Position numbers and translations under genes: made by a program
Notes under the pieces: generated by a model
The model's input: the letters and a program-made list of their open reading frames with translations, nothing else
What the model was told of the DNA's origin: nothing
The model's database searches: none
Assembly: GCA_039586095.1 (NCBI GenBank)
Contig: JBDHLB010000003.1
Location: 827 to 64,826, forward strand
Origin: Gemmatimonadota bacterium
Lineage (GTDB): Bacteria; Gemmatimonadota; Gemmatimonadetes; Palauibacterales; Palauibacteraceae
Direction of reading: 5' to 3'
Length of the DNA: 64,000 nucleotides
Part shown: one piece after another, positions 26,955-37,120 of the stretch
Layout of the letters: each line of letters begins with the position of its first letter
Numbering within the stretch: position 1 is the first letter of the stretch

Positions 26955-27869
26955 ATGACGACGCGTGAGGCCGTACGCGTCGTGCTACGCTGGCTCCTGG
27001 CCGCCATTCGAGCGAACGAAGACGGCGTTTTGAGAGGGGAGGATCCGGAGCACCTGCACGATTTCCGAGTCGCCATCCGCCGCACCCGCACGCTTCTCTC
27101 CGAGCTCCCCGGAGCACTACCGGAGCGTCCCACGGACCGCTTTCGCCAGGAGTTCAAGTGGCTCGGCCGAGGCACAGGCCCGATTCGCGATCTGGACGTG
27201 TGGATCGAGAAGATGTCGGGCTATGAGGCCCGGCTGCCCGAAAGGACGCGCGCCGACCTGCGCGTGTTCGAGTCCCGCCTGCGACTGAGAAGAGACCGCG
27301 AGCGGGTCCGACTTGTACGGGCGCTGCGCTCGGCCCGCTACACCAACACCCTGCAAGACTGGGACGAGTTTCTGTGGCGTCCGGCTACCGGCGGTACGTC
27401 GCGAGACATCGCGGATCGCCCGATCTCCGAGGTCGCGTCGGCGCGGATCTCGAAAGCGTACCGCAAGGCTGTCAAGCAGGGCCGAAAGGTCGAGCCAGCT
27501 TCGCCATCGCCCGTGATCCACAAGCTGCGGATCCGCTGCAAGGAGTTACGCTATCTCCTCGAGTTCTTCGGTGGCCTCTACGCCCCGGAAGCGATTGCCA
27601 CGGTCATCGCGGAGCTGAAGGAACTCCAGGACCACCTGGGCGACTACAACGACTGCGCGGTTCAACGACGTCTTCTTCCCGAGTTTGTCCTCGAAATTGC
27701 CGCCGAAGACGGTGAGGATGCGGCCGAGGCCATCAAGACGCTCGGCCGTTTGGAAGTCGTGTTGGAGGCCGCTCAGCAGGAGGCGCGGGGGCGGATCGAG
27801 GACAGCTTCGCCAGCTTCCGATGTAAGAAGAACCGGCGCCTCTTCAGGGAGCTGTTTCGACCGGTCTAG
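26955..27869 (+). CDS. CHAD domain-containing protein
   Basis: LHDFRVAIRRTRTLLSEL, WLGRGTGPIRDLDV, HKLRIRCKELRYLLEFF, LQDHLGDYND are conserved-histidine alpha-helical repeats. ATG 26955 is chosen because the 50 codons upstream look non-coding. Confidence 0.78.
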   Translation: MTTREAVRVVLRWLLAAIRANEDGVLRGEDPEHLHDFRVAIRRTRTLLSELPGALPERPTDRFRQEFKWLGRGTGPIRDLDVWIEKMSGYEARLPERTRADLRVFESRLRLRRDRERVRLVRALRSARYTNTLQDWDEFLWRPATGGTSRDIADRPISEVASARISKAYRKAVKQGRKVEPASPSPVIHKLRIRCKELRYLLEFFGGLYAPEAIATVIAELKELQDHLGDYNDCAVQRRLLPEFVLEIAAEDGEDAAEAIKTLGRLEVVLEAAQQEARGRIEDSFASFRCKKNRRLFRELFRPV

Positions 27870-28372
27870 AAGAGCTCCTTCGGCCTGAGCACGCCGATCA
27901 GATTCCCGATCTCGGTCTCGACGTCACGCCACTTGTCTATACCGAACTCGATGGTCGCGAGGGCGGCGGTCGGCATCCGCTCCTCTCGACGGCTCAGCGC
28001 CCACACGACCTCCTGGACCCCAGGGTTGTGCCCCACCAGCAGCAGAGTGTCGACGTCGCCCGGCGCGTCGCGAGCCGCCTCCAGATACGCTCCGGTGGAG
28101 CCGTGATAGAGCTCGGGCGAGAGCGCGATCGGGTCCGTGTAGCCACACCCTTCGGCGACCAGCTCTGCCGTCTGACGCGCCCGAACCGCCGTAGAAGAGA
28201 CGATGAGGCCTGGTGACAGACCCTCTTCGCGCATCCGCGCGCCCATCTGCGGCGCGTCTCGGCGACCGCGATTGTTCAGCGGGCGATCGTGGTCACGCAG
28301 ACCCGCATCCCTCCAACTCGACTTCGCGTGACGGAGAATCAGCAGCCTCTTCACAGCCACTCCGGTGCCCAC
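27866..28372 (-). CDS. SixA-type phosphohistidine phosphatase (histidine phosphatase superfamily)
   Basis: LLILRHAKSSW...DHDRPLNNRG (RHG motif) and LLVGHNPG. There is a 4-nt convergent overlap with the CHAD gene. Confidence 0.85.
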   Translation of the reverse strand: MGTGVAVKRLLILRHAKSSWRDAGLRDHDRPLNNRGRRDAPQMGARMREEGLSPGLIVSSTAVRARQTAELVAEGCGYTDPIALSPELYHGSTGAYLEAARDAPGDVDTLLLVGHNPGVQEVVWALSRREERMPTAALATIEFGIDKWRDVETEIGNLIGVLRPKELF

Positions 28373-28678
28373 TCCGGTTCGCTCATCCTTCCACCTGCCG
28401 AGAAGCAGTCGACCTGTCGCTGAGGAGTGTCCGCGCGTCCGTTCCGACCGGACCGCGATCCCTCGGACTCAGGATCGCCCAATGAAGGGCAGGACTGGTT
28501 CGGGCGCAAGCGTTCACGGCCGGGTCGTACAAACTCGTTACAGAGGGCGTACCGCGGCGCTCGTTGAAGCCAAAGAGCGTTGGAATCCGTAGTATGTGGC
28601 AGCAACAAACAGCTGTGCTCGCGCTCGGGCTGCCAAGCGCTGGGCCACAGAAAGAGATCTTACGAGGGAGGCTGGATC

Positions 28679-28927
28679 ATGGGCATTCTTACCTGGGCGA
28701 TTTTCGGGCTGATCGCCGGTGCTCTCGCCAAGTGGATCATGCCGGGGAAGGACCCGGGCGGGATCTTCATCACGATGCTCCTCGGAATCGCGGGAGCGCT
28801 GGTCGGTGGATTCCTCGCATCGCTGGTGGGAATCGGCTCGGTGAGCGGCTTCAACATCGGAAGCTTCCTCATCGCGGTGGTCGGCGCCCTGCTGTTGCTG
28901 TTTATCTACCGGAAGATGAAGGCCTGA
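28679..28927 (+). CDS. GlsB/YeaQ/YmgE family stress-response membrane protein
   Basis: ATG 28679 follows GAGGGAGG. MGILTWAIFGLIAGALAKWIMPGKDPGG... is the typical three-TM small protein. Confidence 0.85.
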   Translation: MGILTWAIFGLIAGALAKWIMPGKDPGGIFITMLLGIAGALVGGFLASLVGIGSVSGFNIGSFLIAVVGALLLLFIYRKMKA

Positions 28928-29061
28928 GCGCACCTCGCAGCCGGACTCTTACACGGTGGGGTCGCTCCGTGGGGCGGCTCCACCGTTGGAGCTCCGCACG
29001 CACGGCGGCGGCTGCTGTGCGCTCTGACGCCCTCCGATGGCCGCGACCCCGTGCGTGCCGC

Positions 29062-30915
29062 TCAGGCAGGACGAGGCACGACCACGCGATCGAGGAGGTC
29101 TGAGAGCTCGGTTTCGAGCGCGCGGATCTCCCCCTGTACCGCCTCGACGAGATCTTCCACTGCCACGATCCGACCCTCGCCATCCTGTCTGCGCTTCAGC
29201 TCGATGCCGCCGTTCTTCACCGACCGTTCCGAGACCAACACGCGGAGCGGAAGCCCTCTGAGATCCGACTCCGTCAGCTTCACGCCCGGGCTCGCGTCGT
29301 CGCGGTCGTCGTAGAGCACTTCGACGCCCGCCTCCTGCAGGGTCTCGAACAGGCCATCGGCCACGTCGGCGGTTTCTTCCTTTCGCGCAAGCGACACGAG
29401 GCTCACCTGGAAAGGCGCGACCGAGACCGGCAGCGCGAGTCCGTCGTCATCCCGGTACTCCTCAGCCACGCAGGCGAGCAAGCGGCCGACGCCGATGCCG
29501 TACGACCCGAGGACAATCGGCTGCTCTTCGTCGTTCTCGTCGGTGTAAAAGGCGCCCAGGGTCTCCGAGTAGCGTGTGCCGAGCTGGAAGATGTTGCCGA
29601 CCTCGATTCCACGGACCAGGTCGAGCGGCTTTCCACACCTCTGGCAGGGCGCTCCTTCGTATGCCGCCGCGATGGGTCCCACGACATCCGCCTCGTAGTC
29701 ACGGCCGTAATTGGTGTTCAGGACGTGATAGTCGGGTTCGTTCGCACCCAGGACCAGGTTGGGGGAGCGCGTAACGAGGTCGTCCACGATCACGATGGTT
29801 CCTTCGCGGTCGACCCCGATCGGCGAAGCGTATCCCGGGACCATGCCGACCGCTTCGATCTCTTCGTCATGGGCCGGGCGAAGCTCGATGGCCTTCACGA
29901 GGTTCTGGATTCGGACGGGGTTGGCCTCCATGTCGCCGCGTACGATCGCGACGATCAGCTTCTCGGTGCCGCGTTGCAACGTCTCCTCGGCCCCTTCGAC
30001 CGCGCGAGTCCCCGGCGGGCCGCGCTCGCTCTCATCCTCCGCGAACATGCCGACATAGAAAACCACCTTGCCGGTCCGTGACGGTTCGACGTCGAGCAGG
30101 CCGGCGAGCTCCGCGATCGTCTTCGTACCCAGCGTGTGAACACGCTCCGGATCGGCCGGCTCCTCCCGACTCGCCGGGACTTTCTCGAACTCGGCCACGT
30201 CGCGGTTGGCGGCATAGCCGCACTCGGAGCACAGCATGAGGCTGTCCTCACCGATCGGCGCGACATACATGAACTCGTGCGCGAGCTGGCCGCCCATCAT
30301 CCCCACGTCGCTTTGCACGGGCACCAGCGCAAGACCGCAGCGGGCCCCGATGCGCTGGTATGCCTCGTAATGCGCGTCGTACTGAAGCGCGAGACCGTTC
30401 ACGTCCCGGTCCAGCGAATAGGAGTCCTTCATGACGAACTCGCGCACCCGAATCAGACCTCCCCGCGCGCGGGGCTCGTCTCGGAACTTCGTCTGGAGGT
30501 GGTAGACGAGCATCGGGAGCTGCCGATACGACCTCACCTCGGTGCTGGCGAGCTGCGCCACCACCTCTTCGTGCGTCATCGCCAGCACCATGTCCCGGCC
30601 CCGTCGGTCCCGGAAGCGGGCCATGGTGTCGTCGATCTCGTACCAGCGTCCCGACGCCTGCCAGATCTCCGCCGGATGGACCACCGGCATGTTCACTTCC
30701 TGCCCGCCGATCCGGTCCATCTCCTCGCGAAGGATGGTGTTGATCTTGTGAATCGAGCGCTGTGCCAGCGGCAGGTACGAGAAGATGCCGGCCGCCAGCT
30801 GCCGCACGTATCCGGCGCGCAGCAACAGACGGTGTGACGCGATGTCGACTTCGGCCGGCGCCTCGCGCAGCGTCGAGCCGAACAGGGTCGAGACCCGCAG
30901 ACCACGTGCAATCAC
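29062..30915 (-). CDS. proS: Prolyl-tRNA synthetase
   Basis: FGSTLREAPAEVDIASHRLLLRAGYVRQL N-terminus. Class II motifs, an editing-domain insertion and a C-terminal anticodon-binding domain are present. Confidence 0.95.
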   Translation of the reverse strand: MIARGLRVSTLFGSTLREAPAEVDIASHRLLLRAGYVRQLAAGIFSYLPLAQRSIHKINTILREEMDRIGGQEVNMPVVHPAEIWQASGRWYEIDDTMARFRDRRGRDMVLAMTHEEVVAQLASTEVRSYRQLPMLVYHLQTKFRDEPRARGGLIRVREFVMKDSYSLDRDVNGLALQYDAHYEAYQRIGARCGLALVPVQSDVGMMGGQLAHEFMYVAPIGEDSLMLCSECGYAANRDVAEFEKVPASREEPADPERVHTLGTKTIAELAGLLDVEPSRTGKVVFYVGMFAEDESERGPPGTRAVEGAEETLQRGTEKLIVAIVRGDMEANPVRIQNLVKAIELRPAHDEEIEAVGMVPGYASPIGVDREGTIVIVDDLVTRSPNLVLGANEPDYHVLNTNYGRDYEADVVGPIAAAYEGAPCQRCGKPLDLVRGIEVGNIFQLGTRYSETLGAFYTDENDEEQPIVLGSYGIGVGRLLACVAEEYRDDDGLALPVSVAPFQVSLVSLARKEETADVADGLFETLQEAGVEVLYDDRDDASPGVKLTESDLRGLPLRVLVSERSVKNGGIELKRRQDGEGRIVAVEDLVEAVQGEIRALETELSDLLDRVVVPRPA

Positions 30916-31120
30916 GACCGGGTTTCCTCCTTCACTCTATCGTTCGGGCTCCGGACCGGGAGCGTCCGGGCTTGTTCTACGAACTTCCCTGTTCACGTCC
31001 ATAACCGTACTCCTCCGCGCCGTGAAAGTGGAGCGAAGTCTACGGCTCATCACCCATCACCTCAAAGTCGTGTCCGGGCGGTACGGCGCACAGGTTTCGT
31101 CCGGCCCGCCTCGGCCGAGC

Positions 31121-31798
31121 CTACGCGCGTCGATACGCCCACCGAAGCAGCCACCAGCTTACGGCCAGCGCGATCCCGATCCACACCAGCCCCCAGACGA
31201 GCGTGGGCACCCCGGTGAGCTCCGCCAACATGGCCGCGTCCGACCGGAGTTCCGGACGATCGAGAATGTCGCTCTTGATGTCCAGGACCGCGTAGAGGAC
31301 GCTGGTGAGACCCAGAACTCCGAGGAAGAGGGCGTTTGTCCGTGCCTCGAGGTACCGACCTGCCAGCGCGAGAGCGGTCCCGAACGAGATCCCGAACGCC
31401 AGTCCGAACGCGTTCCTCACGAACAGCAGCGTGAACCCGAGCACGAGTACGCCCACGATGGCGATCATCCACCGTGCCCACTCCGCCTTCCGGAAGGCCG
31501 CCCAGAAGATGAGCACGCCCCAAACCAGGCTGCCGAGGTAGCCGGCAGACAGGGTCAGGAACGCGTTGCCGCCCGAGCACTCGCACAAACCACCCTCCTG
31601 GGGCGTCACGACGATGCGCTGGATCTCTCCGCCTGTCGCCAACGCGACCAGCCCGTGGCTGATCTCGTGCAGAAGCACGACGAACAGCTTCAGCGGATAC
31701 ACGACAGGTGTGTACCAGAGCATCCACAAGCCGACGAAGTACGCCCCGAAGGCGGTGACGAAGAGCAGCTTGCGCTTTGTCGCGGGTCGCATCGACAT
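31121..31798 (-). CDS. M50B-type membrane metallopeptidase-like protein
   Basis: A HExxH motif lies in a TM helix (VVLLHEISHGLVALATGG). There are 6-7 TM helices. Confidence 0.72.
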   Translation of the reverse strand: MSMRPATKRKLLFVTAFGAYFVGLWMLWYTPVVYPLKLFVVLLHEISHGLVALATGGEIQRIVVTPQEGGLCECSGGNAFLTLSAGYLGSLVWGVLIFWAAFRKAEWARWMIAIVGVLVLGFTLLFVRNAFGLAFGISFGTALALAGRYLEARTNALFLGVLGLTSVLYAVLDIKSDILDRPELRSDAAMLAELTGVPTLVWGLVWIGIALAVSWWLLRWAYRRA

Positions 31799-31817
31799 CC
31801 CGGTTCCAATCTCCTCT

Positions 31818-32873
31818 TTACAGCAGGATCACGAGCGCCACTGCGGCGACGACGAGCCCGGCTGCGGCGAAGGTCGGGAAGGTACGGTCGAACCAGCCTC
31901 GACACACGGCGAAGATCCCGAGAAACATGGCCAGGCTGCCGTACACGCCCACCAGCAGATCGCTCCACCGGCCGAGATCGTTGAGCACCAGAACGGCCAG
32001 ACCCGCGGCCAGCGTCCCGATGAACAACGTGCGCTCGTCGGTGAGTGCGGGGTGAGGCCAGCGGGTGGCGGGCAGAAGGCCGCCCAGAGCCAGGGGAAGC
32101 AGAACGATCGCCTCGAGCACGATCGTGCCGATCCATACGGTCTGGGCTCGCCCCGAGATCACGAACGCATCGGTGAAGGCGGCGAACGCGATCGACGTCG
32201 CCGACGCCAGTCCGAACACGTACAGCCCCCACCCGATCAAACGGCCCGACGCGAGGGCGGCCCAATAGGTCCCCGGGTGGTCTCGTCGCAGACGCAGGGC
32301 GGGTACGAGCTCCAGCGTCCAACGGCGAACCGGCTTCGGAGGCCAGGCGCCGCGCTCGGCGAGCTTCGTGATCGCGGCACCTTCCGTCCGCGCGCGGCCG
32401 GCCTCTTCGGGCGTGATCCACCCGCGCGCCTGCGCCTCTTCGAACTCCCCCTCATCCAGCAGCCGGGGGCGGCCGCCGGACGGCACCCAGACGTCCAGAA
32501 ATAGATCCCTTATGCGCCATGTCGTGCCGTCGAACTTGGTAGGCACGATCAGGTTGCCGTAATACCCGAGACGCTGCCCCGCATCATCGTAGAACGCACC
32601 CACCTCGCTGTGAGCTCCGGGGAACGTGAACCACAAGAGCCGTGACCCGGGACCCATATGGACCTCGTCGTCGATCTCGAGCGGTCGGGTGCCGGCGGCC
32701 AGCTCCTGAAGCGTGATCTTCAGGTCCGGCTCGTCGTGAAGGAGTTCCTGCTGGAAGGTGTCGATGCGGTCCGGCGGCCGATGAACCACAACGGAAACGT
32801 TGGGACCGTCGATCGCCTGGCCACCGATGCGACGGTGGAGCGTCGCCCGGCGTCGCCCGAGCCGGTGACTCAC
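31818..32873 (-). CDS. DUF402 domain fused to a C-terminal five-TM membrane domain
   Basis: DUF402 core YYGNLIVPTKFDGTTWRIRDLFLDVWVPSGGRPRLLDEGEFEEAQARGWI, followed by 5 hydrophobic helices. GTG 32873 lies 2 nt after the upstream stop. The ORF-track start (33401) would overlap fadB. Confidence 0.62.
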   Translation of the reverse strand: MSHRLGRRRATLHRRIGGQAIDGPNVSVVVHRPPDRIDTFQQELLHDEPDLKITLQELAAGTRPLEIDDEVHMGPGSRLLWFTFPGAHSEVGAFYDDAGQRLGYYGNLIVPTKFDGTTWRIRDLFLDVWVPSGGRPRLLDEGEFEEAQARGWITPEEAGRARTEGAAITKLAERGAWPPKPVRRWTLELVPALRLRRDHPGTYWAALASGRLIGWGLYVFGLASATSIAFAAFTDAFVISGRAQTVWIGTIVLEAIVLLPLALGGLLPATRWPHPALTDERTLFIGTLAAGLAVLVLNDLGRWSDLLVGVYGSLAMFLGIFAVCRGWFDRTFPTFAAAGLVVAAVALVILL

Positions 32874-32875
32874 CC

Positions 32876-35023
32876 TCAGACGGGTTCCGTGAAGGTGCGC
32901 CCCGACGCCGCCATCTCGGTCAACAGGCTGGCCGGCGCGAAGCGCGGACCCAGCCGGCGCTGATACTCCCGCAAAGCCTCCACGATGGTCTGGATTCCTT
33001 CGCCATCCGCCCACCGCAGCAGGCCCCCGCGGAAAGGCGGGAATCCCGTCCCCATGACCATGGCGAGGTCCAGGGTGCCCGCCGAGTCGACGACGTCCTC
33101 CGCAAGTGTGAACGCGGCCTCGTTGACCATCGAATAGAGGCAACGACGCTGAATCTCGTTTGTCCCCGGCGGCGGGTCGCCCCCGCGTCCCGACAACGTC
33201 GTAGCCACTTCCCGATCGACGCCTTGCTGCCGACCGCGGGTGTAAGCGTAGAAGCCACGGGCGTTCTTCTTGCCCAACCGCCCTTCCTGTCGCAGAAGGG
33301 AGACGACCGGCGAAGCCTGCATCCGCCTTCCGAACGCCGCTTCCATCTCGTGGGCGACGTGTTCGGCCACATCGAAGCCGATCTCGTCGAGCAGCCGGCA
33401 CGGGCCCATGGGCATTCCGAACTCGAGCAGCGCGCCATCGACGTCCTCGACCGCGGTTCCTTCCTCCAGCAGATACCCCGCCTCGTTGAGGTACGGCGTC
33501 AGCAGCCGGTTTACGAGGAATCCGGGCCGGTCCGCCACGAGGACGGGCGTCTTGCCCAGGTCGATCGTGAACCCGAACGCCGTGGCCAAAGCCTCGTCGG
33601 ACACGCCTTCGATCCGCACGACTTCGACCAACGGCATCCGGTGCACCGGGTTGAAGAAGTGAAGGCCCACGACGCGCCCAGGTCGAGCGGCTGCCGAGGC
33701 GAGCTCTGCGACGGAGAGAGACGACGTATTGGTCGCGAAGACGCAGTCGTCGGACGCCCTTTCCTCCGTCTCACGCAGGACGGTCTGCTTCACCGGCATC
33801 CGCTCGACCACGGCCTCGATGACCAGATCCACGTCGTCGAACTTCTCGTAAGTCAGCGTGCCGTGGATCAGGGCGAACTTGAGCCCGACCTCTTCCGGCT
33901 CGAACACACCGCGCTCGCCGCCCTTCTTGAGAAGAGCGGAGGCGTGTCGCAGGCCATCGTCGAGTGCCTCCCGGTCGATGTCCTTCAGCACGACGGGAAC
34001 GTCGTGCGCGGCGATCAGCTCGGCGATGGAACCTCCCATCACACCGGCGCCCAGCACCGCGGCCTTCTCCACCTTGGCGCGTCGATCGAGCTGTTCGGCC
34101 GGCAGAGATCTCTTCGCCGCCTGCTGGAGGAGGAAGATTCGCACGAGGTTCCTGGAGACATCGGTCTGCGACATTTCCGCCAGCGCCTCGGCTTCGATCG
34201 GCAGAGCCTGATCGATCGGCTTCCCGTGCGTCGCCTGCACGACCGAGATGGCTCGCAGCGGGGCTGGATACCGACCGTCCGTGCGCTTGGCCGTCTGACG
34301 GCGTGCGGTCGAGAACAGAACCTGTCTGCCGGGCCCGCTGTTCTCGAGCAGTCGACCGGCGAGGGACAAGCGCGGCGGGTGCCGTTCCACCTGGCCCTCC
34401 AGTGCCTCCCGCACAAAGTCGGCGACGGCCGCTTCGAATCGCTCGTAGTTCGCGACCCTGTCGACGAGGCCCATCCGACGGGCGCGCTCCGCGTTGACGG
34501 CGCTTCCGCTCACGATCATCCGCAGGGCGCGCTGAATGCCCACGAGGCGGGGTAGCCTCACGCAGCCGCCGAATCCGGGGACGATCCCCAGCTTGATCTC
34601 CGGCAGACCGATCCGGGTCTGGGGACGGTCGGAGGCGATGCGGTAATCGCACGCGAGGGCCAGCTCGGTGGCTCCGCCCAAACACAACCCATCCACCGCC
34701 GCGATCGTCGGAACCGTGAGCCGCTCCAGCCGGCGGAAGATGCGCTGTCCTTCCCGACTCTTGTTACGAGCGTCTTCTACATCCTCGAGGGCCACGATCT
34801 CGCGGACGTCGGCCCCAGCGAAGAACGTGCCCGGCTTGCCACTGATCACGACCACGGCCGCCAGTTTTCCGGTCGCGATATGCGATTCCAGCTCGCCGAG
34901 GCGGTGATCCATCTCCCGCATCACCTCGGCGGTCAGGAGGTTGACCGAAGAGCCGGGCAGGTCGAAGGAGAGCCAGCCGATGTGGTCGAGATCGACCTTC
35001 AGGTCAACGGCGGTGGTGTCCAT
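32876..35023 (-). CDS. Fatty-acid oxidation multifunctional enzyme (enoyl-CoA hydratase / 3-hydroxyacyl-CoA dehydrogenase, FadB/FadJ-like)
   Basis: N-terminal crotonase domain (VVISGKPGTFFAGADVREI). The central Rossmann motif is AAVLGAGVMGGSIA. The C-terminal 3HCDH domains are present. ATG 35023 (MDTTAVDLKV) is chosen. Confidence 0.9.
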   Translation of the reverse strand: MDTTAVDLKVDLDHIGWLSFDLPGSSVNLLTAEVMREMDHRLGELESHIATGKLAAVVVISGKPGTFFAGADVREIVALEDVEDARNKSREGQRIFRRLERLTVPTIAAVDGLCLGGATELALACDYRIASDRPQTRIGLPEIKLGIVPGFGGCVRLPRLVGIQRALRMIVSGSAVNAERARRMGLVDRVANYERFEAAVADFVREALEGQVERHPPRLSLAGRLLENSGPGRQVLFSTARRQTAKRTDGRYPAPLRAISVVQATHGKPIDQALPIEAEALAEMSQTDVSRNLVRIFLLQQAAKRSLPAEQLDRRAKVEKAAVLGAGVMGGSIAELIAAHDVPVVLKDIDREALDDGLRHASALLKKGGERGVFEPEEVGLKFALIHGTLTYEKFDDVDLVIEAVVERMPVKQTVLRETEERASDDCVFATNTSSLSVAELASAAARPGRVVGLHFFNPVHRMPLVEVVRIEGVSDEALATAFGFTIDLGKTPVLVADRPGFLVNRLLTPYLNEAGYLLEEGTAVEDVDGALLEFGMPMGPCRLLDEIGFDVAEHVAHEMEAAFGRRMQASPVVSLLRQEGRLGKKNARGFYAYTRGRQQGVDREVATTLSGRGGDPPPGTNEIQRRCLYSMVNEAAFTLAEDVVDSAGTLDLAMVMGTGFPPFRGGLLRWADGEGIQTIVEALREYQRRLGPRFAPASLLTEMAASGRTFTEPV

Positions 35024-35094
35024 GGGGCGCCCTGCGGGGGCGAGACGTCCGAGTTGGAAGCCCCGCCCCTGGGTATTTCGGGTTCCCGGCTTCG

Positions 35095-35847
35095 CTAGAA
35101 GCGGAGCCGCTGTTCGGCGTTGGCGGGTGTCAGGCGGAGCGTGTCCGCCTCTTCCACCAGGACGTTCCAGTAAAGCTCGCCGGCCGGAATCGCGACGCGC
35201 GTGTGCACCCACCACGGCCCACCGCTCAACCTTCGAAAGACCGTGCCGCTCGCATCCGTCGTGTCCTCGAGGATCTGTCGACCCAGAGCGTCCTGGATGC
35301 TGTCGACGATAGCCAAGTAATCGGCGAACGCGATGTCCTCCCAAGATTCTCGCACGGCCCGGACCGAGTCGAGACGCGTGGTGGTCATCTCCTGCAGTGC
35401 GGTGAACGCGTCGAACGCCTGGCTCCGCACGCGGTTCAACCGCTGCTCACGACCCTCCAGGGCGCCAAAGCGATCGTAGAGCTCGCGATAGGACCGGCTC
35501 CGCTGATCCATTCCCTGCAGACGGTCCGAGAGCTGTCGCAGGCTGTCACGCACCTCGGACCAGGACGCCTCGGCAGTTCTCCAGGCTTCCTGAAGCACCA
35601 GTACGCTGTCGTACGCCTGCTGCAGATCGGCGGGGACCTGCGGTTCCGGCTCGGGCGCTATGGCCGCGAGCGCTTCGAACACAGAATCCCGGTCGAACGG
35701 GAGGAAGGACACTGGCAGGTCCGATTCGGCCTGCATGCCTTCGGCACCTTCCGTCATCACCTGCACGGCAAGCTCAGCGCCGCCGCAGGCCGTGAACAGG
35801 AGTCCGCCCGCCAGGGTCGAGAGAATCACGCGCTTTCGTTGCTGCAT
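35095..35847 (-). CDS. Hypothetical lipoprotein
   Basis: ATG 35847. Lipobox LLFTAC-GG. Helical middle, C-terminal ...EQRLRF. No family recognised. Confidence 0.55.
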   Translation of the reverse strand: MQQRKRVILSTLAGGLLFTACGGAELAVQVMTEGAEGMQAESDLPVSFLPFDRDSVFEALAAIAPEPEPQVPADLQQAYDSVLVLQEAWRTAEASWSEVRDSLRQLSDRLQGMDQRSRSYRELYDRFGALEGREQRLNRVRSQAFDAFTALQEMTTTRLDSVRAVRESWEDIAFADYLAIVDSIQDALGRQILEDTTDASGTVFRRLSGGPWWVHTRVAIPAGELYWNVLVEEADTLRLTPANAEQRLRF

Positions 35848-35977
35848 TGCCAATTCTCCGAGCTGTGGTGCCAACAGATCTCGGCCCAACGATCACCGAT
35901 GATCTTCTTCAAACCGAAAATGTAGACGCGAGGTCGGGGTTGTTCAACGAAGCGCTGGGTGGGTAGAGGTGGGACCT

Positions 35978-36922
35978 CTACCGTTGAAAGGCATCATCGA
36001 GGATGTACGCCCTGGGGTTCACGGGGCGGTCGTTGACCAGCACCTCGTAATGCAGGTTCGGACCCGTCGTCAGACCAGAGCGACCGACCTCGCCCACGAT
36101 GTCGCCCCGCTGCACCTGCTGACCGACCCGGACGGTCGCACGCGACAGGTGCGCGTAACGCGTGCGGTACCCGTATCCGTGCTCGATCTCCACGAGTCTT
36201 CCGTATCCCGTCTCTCGACCGGCGAACACCACCCGACCTTCGCCTGTCGCTACGACCGGGCTGCCATAACTCGCCGATACGTCGATGCCCGGGTGCGGAC
36301 GCCGATAGCCGAGCAGGGGGTGCAGACGATTGTAGCTGAACCCCGAACTGATCCACGAACGCTCGTCGAGCACGGGATAGATTGTGGGGCGTCGGCCGAA
36401 CAGGTCCTGCTGCGCCGCCACGGAGTCGGTCGCTTCGGCCAGACTGCTGGACAGGAGCTCGGCGCGTCGAAGCAGCTGATCGAGGTCCATGGTCAGCGAC
36501 CGCGACGTGCTGGCCAGCTCGGGCGCGAGAGCGTCGAACGGACCGCCTGCCTCACCGTTCAGCGTGGGCCCACCGATTCCGACCGCGTACAGTTCTTCAT
36601 CCAGCAACGGCAGCCCGGAGAGGACTCGGAAGCGCTGTTCTCGCGCAGCCAAGTCGTCCAGGGCCTGCGCCAGCCGGTCGGTGCGGTTCTCGATAGCCGC
36701 CAGACTCGCCACGAGGTGTTGATTCTCCGCTTCGTAGCGGCTCAACTGATATATGGCCTGCCGTTCACCGAGAAATCCGAGAAACCAGGCCAAGACCAGC
36801 AGCAAGAAGCCGGCGCATACACCGCCGGCCAGATACGCAACGCTCGGGCGAAGTCGAAAGCTACGGGCACGCCCCCCACTCTCGGGGAAGAACTGTACCG
36901 TCCAGATCTCGCGCTTCGCCAA
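35978..36922 (-). CDS. M23 family peptidoglycan metalloendopeptidase
   Basis: N-terminal TM and coiled coil. Motifs HPGIDVSASYGSPVVA, IEHGYGYRTRYAHLS and GPNLHYEV (HxxxD / HxH). Confidence 0.9.
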   Translation of the reverse strand: MAKREIWTVQFFPESGGRARSFRLRPSVAYLAGGVCAGFLLLVLAWFLGFLGERQAIYQLSRYEAENQHLVASLAAIENRTDRLAQALDDLAAREQRFRVLSGLPLLDEELYAVGIGGPTLNGEAGGPFDALAPELASTSRSLTMDLDQLLRRAELLSSSLAEATDSVAAQQDLFGRRPTIYPVLDERSWISSGFSYNRLHPLLGYRRPHPGIDVSASYGSPVVATGEGRVVFAGRETGYGRLVEIEHGYGYRTRYAHLSRATVRVGQQVQRGDIVGEVGRSGLTTGPNLHYEVLVNDRPVNPRAYILDDAFQR

Positions 36923-37120
36923 GCTTTACCCTTTTCCGTGACCGGGTGCCGAACGGGAAACCTGCCCCGGATATGAAACGAGGCGGGCCGGCGTCCCGAT
37001 TCGATATCACCACAGCCGCCCCACCACGCCAACGACCCACACCAAACGCTACAGAGTATTGAGCCGATCCGTCAGCTGTCAAACGGTACCGGCGATACGC
37101 GGCTACGTTGGGCGAGCACG

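Noticed and set aside
35969-36976. 335-aa plus-strand ORF opposite the M23 peptidase gene. The 374-aa ORF at 38707-39831 opposite PSP1 is the same kind of case.
   Set aside because: These are antisense shadows of genes with strong family motifs.
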